Origin: Candidatus Shapirobacteria bacterium
GTDB lineage: Bacteria > Patescibacteriota > Microgenomatia > UBA12405
Assembly (NCBI GenBank): GCA_041659325.1
Contig: JBAZYN010000002.1
Coordinates: 64,513 to 128,512, forward strand
Length of the DNA stretch: 64,000 bases
Reading direction: 5' to 3'
Shown: piece by piece, positions 1 to 8,005 of the stretch
Layout: every line of letters begins with the position of its first letter
Numbering within the stretch: the stretch's first letter is position 1
The notes under the pieces: generated by a model
What the model saw: the letters and a program-made list of their open reading frames with translations, nothing else
What the model was told of the DNA's origin: nothing
The model's database searches: none
Program-made: the position numbers and the translations under genes

Positions 1-5
1 CTATT

Positions 6-344
6 TTGTTTCTTTATTATGTTCTTTCTACTGTCCCCCCGCAAAATGTAAATTACAAGATTACCAACCGGGGTTTGTATTTTGGAGAACTGAACTATAC
101 ATGGGATGTTTTGGAAAGGTTTTGGTTTAAAAACAGCCTGGATAGCGAGATGATGTTTATTGAAACAAAACTTCGGTTTCCAAGGCAAATATCGTTTGTG
201 ATTAACCCTGCCGACAAAGAAAAGCTCTTGGACATTATGAAAAGAAAAATTCCTTTAACGGAGAATCCCCCCTCGGCGATGGATAAAACTGTAAAGTGGT
301 TTGGCAACCATCTACCGCTTGAGAAAAGGCAAAAAACACAATAG
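6..344 (+). CDS. hypothetical protein (possibly 3' part of a gene starting before the window)
   Basis: 112-aa ORF directly upstream of the tRNA pair; no recognisable motif. Confidence 0.3.
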   Translation: MFLYYVLSTVPPQNVNYKITNRGLYFGELNYTWDVLERFWFKNSLDSEMMFIETKLRFPRQISFVINPADKEKLLDIMKRKIPLTENPPSAMDKTVKWFGNHLPLEKRQKTQ

Positions 345-382
345 GGCAGGTTTATCTTTTTTTGGTATAATTCAGGCAATTT

Positions 383-459
383 GCGCCCGTAGCTTAATTG
401 GATAGAGCATTGGTTTGCGGAACCAACGGTTGGAGGTTCGAGCCCTCTCGGGCGCACCA
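383..459 (+). tRNA. tRNA-Arg (anticodon read as GCG)
   Basis: Cloverleaf. Acceptor GCGCCCG/CGGGCGC, anticodon stem TTGGT/ACCAA with loop TTGCGGA, T-arm GGAGG-TTCGAGC-CCTCT, discriminator A, encoded CCA. Confidence 0.7.
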
Positions 460-461
460 GA

Positions 462-546
462 GGAGGGTGGGCAGGACGGTAATGCGCTGGTTTCGAAAAC
501 CAGTTCCGGCAACGGATAACAGGTTCGACCCCTGTACCCTCCGCCA
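462..546 (+). tRNA. tRNA-Ser (anticodon CGA), type II with long variable arm
   Basis: Acceptor GGAGGGT/ACCCTCC, anticodon stem CTGGT/ACCAG with loop TTCGAAA, 15-nt variable hairpin TTCCGGCAACGGATA, T-arm ACAGG-TTCGACC-CCTGT, encoded CCA. Confidence 0.8.
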
Positions 547-700
547 CGTAAAATTTGCTTTGCAAATTAACGTGGCTTGAAACGTCAATTTTGTGAAACA
601 AAATTATACGTTTTGCCTATAATTCAAACGTTGCTTGAAACGTGAACGTAATATTCTACGAAGTAGAATAAACGTTCTTACGTTTCGCCAATTTCGCGAA
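539..700 (+). repeat. Repeat R copy A. Conserved sequence downstream of tRNA-Ser, starting in the tRNA 3' end (CTCCGCCACGTAAAATTTGCTTTGCAAATTAA) and followed by two ACGT-rich hairpins
   Basis: Near-identical 40 nt plus a homologous about 50-nt palindrome also present at 11319-11480, with compensatory changes in the stems. Confidence 0.7.
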
Positions 701-763
701 GGCGAAAAGTCTTTGAGATGTTGTTGTTGATTAAATTCCACCGGAATAAGTTAGAATTAGACT

Positions 764-1126
764 ATGAAAAGAACAAAAAGGTTTTTTAAATGTTTTGAAT
801 ATGCCCGGGACGGAATTGTTGAGGGTTTTCGGGAAAGGAACATGAAAATTCACGGATTAACTGCATTAAGCGTGATATTTTTTGGGATATTGTTTGATTT
901 GGTGGTATGGGAGTGGATAGTAATATTTTTGCTTTTTGGGATGGTAATGGGGGCCGAGCTTATCAACACCAGTATTGAGGATCTAGCAAATGTGATTAGA
1001 GACAAAGAGGGATTGGATTATCGGGCGACAAAGACAACCCGGGATTTGGCGGCGGGGGCAGTACTGGTTACGGCGATAATGTCGGCGATAATCGGGACAT
1101 TGATTTTTGGGTCGAAGTTATTCTGA
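764..1126 (+). CDS. dgkA: diacylglycerol kinase / undecaprenol kinase family membrane protein
   Basis: 120 aa, three TM segments, conserved ELINTSIE motif typical of the DgkA family. Confidence 0.7.
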   Translation: MKRTKRFFKCFEYARDGIVEGFRERNMKIHGLTALSVIFFGILFDLVVWEWIVIFLLFGMVMGAELINTSIEDLANVIRDKEGLDYRATKTTRDLAAGAVLVTAIMSAIIGTLIFGSKLF

Positions 1127-1644
1127 TGATTATGAAAGTGCTGCTTCATACCTGCTGTGCGGATTGTGCCTTGAAAATCATTGCCACCGTCGGTAATAAC
1201 GTAACCCTGTTTTACTACAACCCAAACATCCATCCGAGAGCAGAATATCAATCAAGATTGGCGGCGGTCAAAAAAATTGCTCTGGAAAATAAAATTAAAC
1301 TAATTGTCCCCGACTGGAAACCAGATGAGTATTTTGAAAGAGTAAAAAATGATGGGGATAGGTGTAAAAATTGCTGGTATTTGAGAATTATAAAAACGGC
1401 GGAATACGCCAAAGAAAATGGCTTTGAACAATTTTCTACAACACTTTTATCTAGTAAATATCAAAACAGAATAACAATCGAGAAAATGGCCAAAGAAATC
1501 GGAGGAGAAGGGGGGGTGGAGTTTTTGAAGATAGAAAATATTAACAGGGAAATGAAAACGTCGGGTTTTTATAAACAATTTTTTTGCGGGTGCTGTTATT
1601 CGCTAACCGAAAGGTTTGAGGAAAAATATGGAAAGACTAAATGA
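1126..1644 (+). CDS. queH: epoxyqueuosine reductase QueH-like (DUF208) protein
   Basis: N-terminal LLHTCCADCA motif (compare QueH LLH-CCAPCS) and additional Cys pairs (CKNC, CGCC). Confidence 0.5.
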   Translation: MIMKVLLHTCCADCALKIIATVGNNVTLFYYNPNIHPRAEYQSRLAAVKKIALENKIKLIVPDWKPDEYFERVKNDGDRCKNCWYLRIIKTAEYAKENGFEQFSTTLLSSKYQNRITIEKMAKEIGGEGGVEFLKIENINREMKTSGFYKQFFCGCCYSLTERFEEKYGKTK

Positions 1645-2311
1645 GTTTATTAAAAAATACAGGATAGAAATTTCCCCGCTATCGATGAGACTGTGCCGGG
1701 AGGGTATAGAGAGGATGAAAAAGAGCATTGACCCGGCACACGACGAAAAACACGTTGAAAATATTTTGGAAAACATTGATGGGTTTTTGGAATCGAAAGA
1801 GGTAAAAGTGGAAAGAATTAATTTTGAAATACTATTGGTGGCGATTTGCTGGCATGATGTGTGGAAATCAACCAGGATGCCGGACAGCATTGTATCTGTT
1901 TTGGTAAACCAAATATGGGACGGGTGGGGGTCGGCAAAAGTTTACAAAAGAGAGGTAAAACTGGGGAAAGAGGAGAACAAAAGGTTGAGAAAAGTATTTT
2001 GGATAATCGGAAACCACCCCAGGGACATGACGGTACACATGCCCTTTAGAACTTATTTGGAGACAAAAATTTTAAAAGATGCGGATAGACTCGAGAGGTG
2101 GAATCTAAAAAGGCATGTGGATTTTTTTGAAAAATTGGCCTTGGTTCGCGATGTGGAAAGCCAAAAGTGGGTGAGGTGGCTTATTAAATTTTTTAAAAAG
2201 AAGTATACTCTGTGGTCGGACTCTGATAAAAAATATTATTTTCGGTGGGCCAAAGATGAGTTTCGGAAAAGACGAGAAATGTATATTGTTGAATTAGAAC
2301 GGCAGGGATAA
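1628..2311 (+). CDS. HD-domain phosphohydrolase
   Basis: H...HD motif (CWHDVWK) and DADRLE. The ORF track start is TTG at 1616; ATG at 1628 follows an AGGA ribosome-binding site. Confidence 0.55.
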   Translation: MERLNEFIKKYRIEISPLSMRLCREGIERMKKSIDPAHDEKHVENILENIDGFLESKEVKVERINFEILLVAICWHDVWKSTRMPDSIVSVLVNQIWDGWGSAKVYKREVKLGKEENKRLRKVFWIIGNHPRDMTVHMPFRTYLETKILKDADRLERWNLKRHVDFFEKLALVRDVESQKWVRWLIKFFKKKYTLWSDSDKKYYFRWAKDEFRKRREMYIVELERQG

Positions 2312-2374
2312 AGAGCGGAATGTAATAACCCATAAAGTGTGGTTGACTTAAACAAAGTGTGCTAGAATCGGCAT

Positions 2375-2845
2375 ATGAATTTAGGGGAGAGATTAAGAAA
2401 GTTAAAAGAAGCAATCGGGGGGATTACCGTTCAGCCTGGTAGCATTAGAATCGATTGTGGCGGCGGATCAACAAGATCTATTGGGGCAAGTGGGTATGCT
2501 GCGGTTTCGAGAACGGTCGAACCCGGAGTGATAGGAGTGTCCGGAGCAACATGGGATACCAAAGCCGGAACGGCAGATCAGGTAGAACCCCCAATTACTA
2601 GAATCGCTGGACTTGATGAGACTTTTAATTTAATTGGGGGTGATATGGTATTAAACCAACCGGATTTAGATGGCAAAGGTAGAGTAAGGGGGACAAGCCC
2701 AATTATGACCTTTAGCGTGTTTGTTCCTACTGAGGCGATTAAAGTACAGGGAGGAGTAGTAACGCTGAGACAGGCAGCCGGCGGTGGCAAACAAACAAAA
2801 GGAGAAGAGAGAAAGAAAGGCCCCGGGATAGTGACGATCGAGTAA
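2375..2845 (+). CDS. hypothetical Gly-rich protein (first gene of GC-rich island)
   Basis: 156-aa ORF in a region of clearly elevated GC; no known motif. Confidence 0.35.
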   Translation: MNLGERLRKLKEAIGGITVQPGSIRIDCGGGSTRSIGASGYAAVSRTVEPGVIGVSGATWDTKAGTADQVEPPITRIAGLDETFNLIGGDMVLNQPDLDGKGRVRGTSPIMTFSVFVPTEAIKVQGGVVTLRQAAGGGKQTKGEERKKGPGIVTIE

Positions 2846-2915
2846 TGTGAACGTAACGGAATACGATGTTTTTTGATCTGGAGAAGAGATATACCGAAGA
2901 TTGTTCAGCCACCGG

Positions 2916-3629
2916 CTAATCCATAACGATTCGGGCGATGGCAGTTTCATTCGTGAGTACGGCGAATTGTTCACCGACTTCCTCGGCAGAGGCGGATAAG
3001 AAGCCGGCACGAGCACCGACTTCGAGAGCGAATCTTGTATCCCTAAAAAAATCAGCGTGAGCCTGGAGAAGGCCTGAACCGTTGCTGGAAGTGAGAAGAT
3101 TGACGCGAGCACCGAGACCCTGTGTCGTGAGCTCTAGCTGTACTCCCACAGAAAGATTACCTACGATAACCCGGGGATTTACAATGCCGTATTGACCTCG
3201 CGGAGTATCGGGGCTGGTCATTAGAACGCCGTTGGCCATAAATCTTTTTTGTACATTTTCGGCACCTGTCGCAGCTAATAAAAGTCCCATCTCTCCACGA
3301 GCTTTGAAGCCGGTGCCTTTTAGGGCATCAGCCGAAACTTCCAACAAGGTAAATGTATTGGTCTTTGTCGGATCATTTGGATCTGTAATGACAAAAGTAA
3401 ATAATTTGCCTCCAATGTCAATACCACCGGTGGTGAACTCAGCACCAAGTTTTGCCTGAACGGCCAGTTCATGGTGGTAAGGACGGACAACGGCTGGGGG
3501 AGCTTTTATTGGCGGGGGTAGGACTAATGCGGGGGCCCCGGGTGATGGGCCTCCTGACGGGGCGGCCGGTGGTTGGGCAGATTGATTTCCATTTGCCCAA
3601 TCTTTTATTCTTTCAGCGATGCTTGGCAC
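2916..3629 (-). CDS. hypothetical protein with Pro/Ala-rich N-terminus
   Basis: 237-aa ORF; an AT-rich divergent promoter region at 3630-3770 separates it from the + strand operon. Confidence 0.4.
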   Translation of the reverse strand: MPSIAERIKDWANGNQSAQPPAAPSGGPSPGAPALVLPPPIKAPPAVVRPYHHELAVQAKLGAEFTTGGIDIGGKLFTFVITDPNDPTKTNTFTLLEVSADALKGTGFKARGEMGLLLAATGAENVQKRFMANGVLMTSPDTPRGQYGIVNPRVIVGNLSVGVQLELTTQGLGARVNLLTSSNGSGLLQAHADFFRDTRFALEVGARAGFLSASAEEVGEQFAVLTNETAIARIVMD

Positions 3630-3770
3630 GTATTGTATTGACTGTACTTTTTAAGTGTGATACTATTTCGTACCTATTTGATACGTAGTTATGTTGATTT
3701 TAATATAAAAATTATATTTGTCAACGGCATACGTATATACAAATAATAAACGTATATATAATAGTATAAA

Positions 3771-4256
3771 ATGATCAAGGACCGTTTAACAAATGTTTAT
3801 TATAGGGAAAGGTCGCTAGGGATAAGCTTGGGCCTGGAGGCAAGAACAACAGTTTTGGGTCAAGAAATTGGTGGTAGAATTGGTCCGATACAACTGGCAA
3901 GGGAGAGTGTAAGTGCAGGGGCCGAGAAACCAGGCGGGAGTTTAGTTTTTAAAAGAGTTACAAAATTTCCGGAAGTTTTCCCCATATTGGATTTAACTAC
4001 TAATGATAGTGGGGTGAATGTTACATACCGACAGCCGAACCGGGTTTCCGTTTTGTCACTGGTTCCGGGAATACAAGGCGGAGACCCACTTAAATTTCAT
4101 ATCGCTCAAGGTGTGGGGGCCGGAGCAGTTGAAGGGGCAGTCGCGGGAAACAGAGTGTCGTTGAGTACAGTGTTTGATCAAACTAGCGGTGGAACACTAA
4201 GAATTGATATACCCAAGGGGGTAGAACCTGATTTTAATATTTTAGTTAGAGTTTAG
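3771..4256 (+). CDS. hypothetical protein
   Basis: 161-aa ORF, first of six contiguous non-overlapping + strand ORFs in the GC-rich island. Confidence 0.4.
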   Translation: MIKDRLTNVYYRERSLGISLGLEARTTVLGQEIGGRIGPIQLARESVSAGAEKPGGSLVFKRVTKFPEVFPILDLTTNDSGVNVTYRQPNRVSVLSLVPGIQGGDPLKFHIAQGVGAGAVEGAVAGNRVSLSTVFDQTSGGTLRIDIPKGVEPDFNILVRV

Positions 4257-4264
4257 ATAACCAT

Positions 4265-4780
4265 ATGCCAGGCTCAGCTGAACAATATCTACTAAGAGCG
4301 GGGGTGATCGGTAATAGAAATAGTGGGGGCGGGCAACCGGCAGAAACAAACGGCGGGCAACAACAACCGGCTAACGGTGATGTAACCATTAGTGTGAGCC
4401 GAGGGGTTGGGAACATAGCTGATCTTACAGGGGCAGCCAATATATTGAAGATTTTAAGAGATCTAGAAGGAGATCCCGACCATCCGGAAATTACTTCTGG
4501 GGTGGTTGCAGATGCGGCCCAAAGAGTAGCATTGGAGCTTGCACATCCGGAGATAGCAGCACTCACAAAGAGTGTTCTTGGTCCTAAAAACGGTTCGATT
4601 CCTATCCCCCAGAACTTATTGTGTATGCCACAAGTTAAGGAAACGGTAGAAGCCATACAAAATGCCCCAAGACCTCAAACGGCGGCGGTTGCCCCGCAGA
4701 AAAGAGGATCGCTGATTGGATCGGTTCTAGATATATTTAATCCCCTGCCCAGACGGAAAAACGATCCGGGCTGGCATTAA
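4265..4780 (+). CDS. hypothetical Gly/Gln-rich protein
   Basis: 171-aa ORF with tight spacing to its neighbours. Confidence 0.4.
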   Translation: MPGSAEQYLLRAGVIGNRNSGGGQPAETNGGQQQPANGDVTISVSRGVGNIADLTGAANILKILRDLEGDPDHPEITSGVVADAAQRVALELAHPEIAALTKSVLGPKNGSIPIPQNLLCMPQVKETVEAIQNAPRPQTAAVAPQKRGSLIGSVLDIFNPLPRRKNDPGWH

Positions 4781-4795
4781 CAATTTATAAAATAA

Positions 4796-5902
4796 ATGTC
4801 GTCAATTGAACAATTATTTAACAGTCCGGTTGTAATTGCAGGCGGAGTGGCCGCCAGTGCAGCAGTAGCGGCACAAATTGCCAGAGCGACAACGGATCGA
4901 GTTAATGAAGGCGAGGTTTACCTTAGACGAAATAATATAACCGGAAAATTTAGTGTTGACTTGGATCCGAGAAAAGTAGAGTCGGTTGTAATAGGAATGC
5001 AGGCGGTAGAAGTGATGGACATAATGGGTGACAACGGACAAAGAGCAACGATAGCAGTTGACCGCACTATGAGAGAAGTATTGGATGATCCCATACAGTT
5101 TGCAGCGTTTAGAAAAAGATACGGAGTTCCCGATGCTGATAAAAGAGGTGGTCGGTCGATAAAAACACGAATAGAGGAACATGTTCCGGTTCGCGAAAAT
5201 GTGCCGGTGGCAGCTACCGGCATAAGATTCAGGCTTCCCTGGATAGAATCAGTGGCAGTGGTCACTTTGGGACAAAAGTTTATCAATCCCGCTGAAGATG
5301 GAATGAGGGCATTAGTTGGAGGTAAAAATGGAGATGTAGAGGTTCAACCTGATGTGTTGGTAACATACGATGTTCCGGCGGCGAGATTACCATTGGCAAT
5401 ACAAAAGTTACCAAAACCAGTGCCTAGACAAGGTGACCCACCCGATCCCAGAAATAGTGGTCAGTACGCTCTAGACGAAGTCGGGAAGGCAGTAAGTGGC
5501 TTAACTAAAAGTGCCATAACGGCCGCTTTCGGTAAAATACAGTTTGAACAATTGACATCAGCAAAAGGCGGCGGTGTCGAAACGGTGCAGAAAGAGATTG
5601 TTGCAGCATTTTATGACAATTTTAGGGATAGTGGTTTAGCCGGTATAGCCAATGTGCAGAAAGTACAACTACAGAGCATCAGAACAGGGGAATATGGTTT
5701 GACTTTGACAAGATTGGCAGGTCAAGCTGCTGAAAAGGACCAGCTTGGGCCAGAATTATTTGGTCAAAAAACATTAATGCAAGCGATGACCGGAGGCAAG
5801 GGGTCGTCAGTCATTATTACAGATCCAGGGTTAAGTGGATTTACTGCTGCCCAGATAGCCGCCCGAAATAGTGCCGGTGGTCGAGCAGGGGGGGAGGCAT
5901 AA
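4796..5902 (+). CDS. hypothetical protein
   Basis: 368-aa ORF, Ala/Gly-rich, no recognisable domain. Confidence 0.45.
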   Translation: MSSIEQLFNSPVVIAGGVAASAAVAAQIARATTDRVNEGEVYLRRNNITGKFSVDLDPRKVESVVIGMQAVEVMDIMGDNGQRATIAVDRTMREVLDDPIQFAAFRKRYGVPDADKRGGRSIKTRIEEHVPVRENVPVAATGIRFRLPWIESVAVVTLGQKFINPAEDGMRALVGGKNGDVEVQPDVLVTYDVPAARLPLAIQKLPKPVPRQGDPPDPRNSGQYALDEVGKAVSGLTKSAITAAFGKIQFEQLTSAKGGGVETVQKEIVAAFYDNFRDSGLAGIANVQKVQLQSIRTGEYGLTLTRLAGQAAEKDQLGPELFGQKTLMQAMTGGKGSSVIITDPGLSGFTAAQIAARNSAGGRAGGEA

Positions 5903-5903
5903 T

Positions 5904-6515
5904 ATGGGAAGAATAATGGATGCACTTGGAAGATTGGGTGAAGCGAAAAAGGCGCAAGTAAAGGTAGAATTTGGGGATATCGATGCTTTACCGGAAAACC
6001 AGCGACGATGGAACGGGTTGGTGCTCCGGACGAGACTAGCCGCTGTCGATGTCCAAACAAAATTTCAACAGGGAGCATATGTAGTGAATCAATTTACGGG
6101 GGTGGCAAGACATCTTGATACCGTAACGTCATCAGTCGGAGCAGGAGTAATGACTGGTGACATTTTAACCCGGCTTGGCGCTGGAGGTATTGGTAGTACT
6201 TTGGGAGGAGGAGCGGGAGCCCTTTGTGCGGGGGCGTTGGTGGTGACTCTGTCAAAAGGGTCTGTCAAAGACGGTGAAGGTGTAGATAGTAGACCCGCTT
6301 TGGCGGGACGGGCAGTGTTGGGGGTGACATTAAGCGGTATAGCGGCAACCCAGGTTCCGATAGTTAGAGAGGCCGTAGTGGTCCCCGGCGATACTTTTCA
6401 AACGCTTGGTAATGCTGCCATCGTTGGCGTGGCGGTATCGACAGCCGCCCTTGTCTCGGAACTTGGACACATGATGACTGATGACTATTTTGATAAGCAA
6501 AAAGCAGAAAAATAA
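5904..6515 (+). CDS. hypothetical membrane protein with glycine-zipper segments
   Basis: ATG at 5904 (MGRIMD), GxxxG-rich hydrophobic stretches (GAGGIGSTLGGGAGALCAGALVV). Confidence 0.4.
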   Translation: MGRIMDALGRLGEAKKAQVKVEFGDIDALPENQRRWNGLVLRTRLAAVDVQTKFQQGAYVVNQFTGVARHLDTVTSSVGAGVMTGDILTRLGAGGIGSTLGGGAGALCAGALVVTLSKGSVKDGEGVDSRPALAGRAVLGVTLSGIAATQVPIVREAVVVPGDTFQTLGNAAIVGVAVSTAALVSELGHMMTDDYFDKQKAEK

Positions 6516-6552
6516 TAAATTATTATTTATTAACATTTAACAAAATATAATT

Positions 6553-6822
6553 ATGACTAATGTACCATCACGAAGAGAGAGGGAGGGGCTTACAAGTTTA
6601 CCTATAGTAGGGGGAATTGTTGGTGCACTCGTACGTATCGCGGACATGGTCACCACAAGAGGGATGGAGGGAGATATCAGTTATTCAACCGGGACTAGCT
6701 CGGGAATAGTACGGGCAGAGGGTGGAAGTGTAGATGTAAGTGGAATTACCGTGCGAGACGGTAGCGTTACGGGGCATGTTGTGGAAGAGCATGCACATGT
6801 GGAGATACATATAAGAAAATAA
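6553..6822 (+). CDS. hypothetical small protein
   Basis: 89-aa ORF within the island operon. Confidence 0.3.
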   Translation: MTNVPSRREREGLTSLPIVGGIVGALVRIADMVTTRGMEGDISYSTGTSSGIVRAEGGSVDVSGITVRDGSVTGHVVEEHAHVEIHIRK

Positions 6823-6873
6823 TCTGTTTATTAGAAAATAAGAAAATGACTGCTGAATCGGGGGGAGGCAACG

Positions 6874-7911
6874 ATGGCTACTAAATCAGAGACTGCGGCT
6901 GAGAGATATAGACAAAGACAACAAGCGGAGGCGGCACAAAAAAGTATGCCAACCGAGACTGTCGGCAGGGCGATGCAGATTGCTGAAGAGAATCCCGGGG
7001 CAGACGTATATGTCCGAAGAGATGAAGATGAGATGAGGGCGCAATTAAGGGCAGGAAGAAGGGGTGGCCGCATTAATACGGGACTATTTTCGGCACAGAG
7101 AGTAGGTCACACGGTACATACAGTTGAGGAACAAATTTCGATGGAAAGAGGTGGTAGACAAACGGAGGTATATGGACGCGGGGAAAGGGTAGAAATATCC
7201 GAAGGTACGGTAGGAAGAGGGACGAGAATTGGTGGAGTCGATAATAATACAGGTCTGGAGACGGGGCAGTGGCATAGCCGAGGGAGAGAGCGGGTAGCGA
7301 CTACATCGATAGTACGCACAGAGAATTCCGGGGGTAGCGTGGATAGACAGGGAGGGTTGACAGTCCAGACAGAGAGGCAGAATTTAGTTACACTCGGCCT
7401 AAGATTATTTTTTCCAAAGGCGTGTTTGCAATCAAGAACTTCTGTATCTAGTAGCGGAATTTATGAACCGACGGAACCGATAACTATAGATGCAAGAAAA
7501 GCATTGGTCCCCGAAGCGATAGGGACCTTTATAGGAAATATGGATGTAATTGCCGGATCAATCGGGGCGGGGGTGATCGGAAATGCTATTGGTGGGGTTA
7601 TTCCAAATTGCAGCGACTCCGTACAACTTGCCGGGGCGGTGACCGCAGCAGTGATTGGAGGTGGGGCGTTGGCAGCAATGGGCCATAGCTCCAATCTGAT
7701 AGATAACGGAGGGATGCGGCTGGCTTTGGGCGTAGGCTTGTCGGCGATAGGCTCGACGGTAATTCCGGGAATTGACAATATGGTCCGCGGCGGGAATTTT
7801 CTTGAATCAGCCGGAAATGCGGCGCTGGCCGGGATAGTGATTGGAGTGACGACAATGACTGTAAGAACTATTGAGGGAAAGGTAAAGCAGTTCCTCCCTG
7901 CTGAAAAATAA
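6874..7911 (+). CDS. hypothetical protein with C-terminal glycine-zipper membrane domain
   Basis: 345 aa; charged Arg/Glu-rich N-terminal half; the C-terminal 150 aa contain repeated GxxxGxxxG motifs. Confidence 0.45.
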   Translation: MATKSETAAERYRQRQQAEAAQKSMPTETVGRAMQIAEENPGADVYVRRDEDEMRAQLRAGRRGGRINTGLFSAQRVGHTVHTVEEQISMERGGRQTEVYGRGERVEISEGTVGRGTRIGGVDNNTGLETGQWHSRGRERVATTSIVRTENSGGSVDRQGGLTVQTERQNLVTLGLRLFFPKACLQSRTSVSSSGIYEPTEPITIDARKALVPEAIGTFIGNMDVIAGSIGAGVIGNAIGGVIPNCSDSVQLAGAVTAAVIGGGALAAMGHSSNLIDNGGMRLALGVGLSAIGSTVIPGIDNMVRGGNFLESAGNAALAGIVIGVTTMTVRTIEGKVKQFLPAEK

Positions 7912-7959
7912 AAAAAAGGTGTTTTGTGTTTTCGGATATTAGGAAGCCTAAACAAAATA

Positions 7960-7999
7960 TTAGCAATCACTTGACAAGACTGCTAATTGTTTTTAAAAT
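7960..7999 (+). promoter_or_regulatory. clpB promoter. -35 TTGACA (7971-7976), 17-nt spacer, -10 TAAAAT (7994-7999). Overlapped by a CIRCE-like inverted repeat TTAGCAATC-N9-GACTGCTAA (7960-7986)
   Basis: Read directly. The inverted repeat matches the HrcA CIRCE consensus TTAGCACTC-N9-GAGTGCTAA at 16 of 18 positions, and the ATG is 6 nt after the -10. Confidence 0.5.
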
Positions 8000-8005
8000 A
8001 GGGTT

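Noticed and set aside
95-601. 168-aa, 64-aa and 60-aa ORFs overlapping the tRNA pair; the 77-aa ORF at 11112-11345
   Set aside because: They are translations of tRNA genes and repeat R (MFHKIDVSSHVNLQSKFYVAE... recurs because the repeat recurs). They are not coding.
2578-3459. Overlapping ORFs 2578-2790 (-), 2666-3112 (-) and 3232-3459 (+) in the GC-rich island
   Set aside because: High GC opens several frames. These overlap better-supported neighbours and show low-complexity composition, so I kept only the non-overlapping set.
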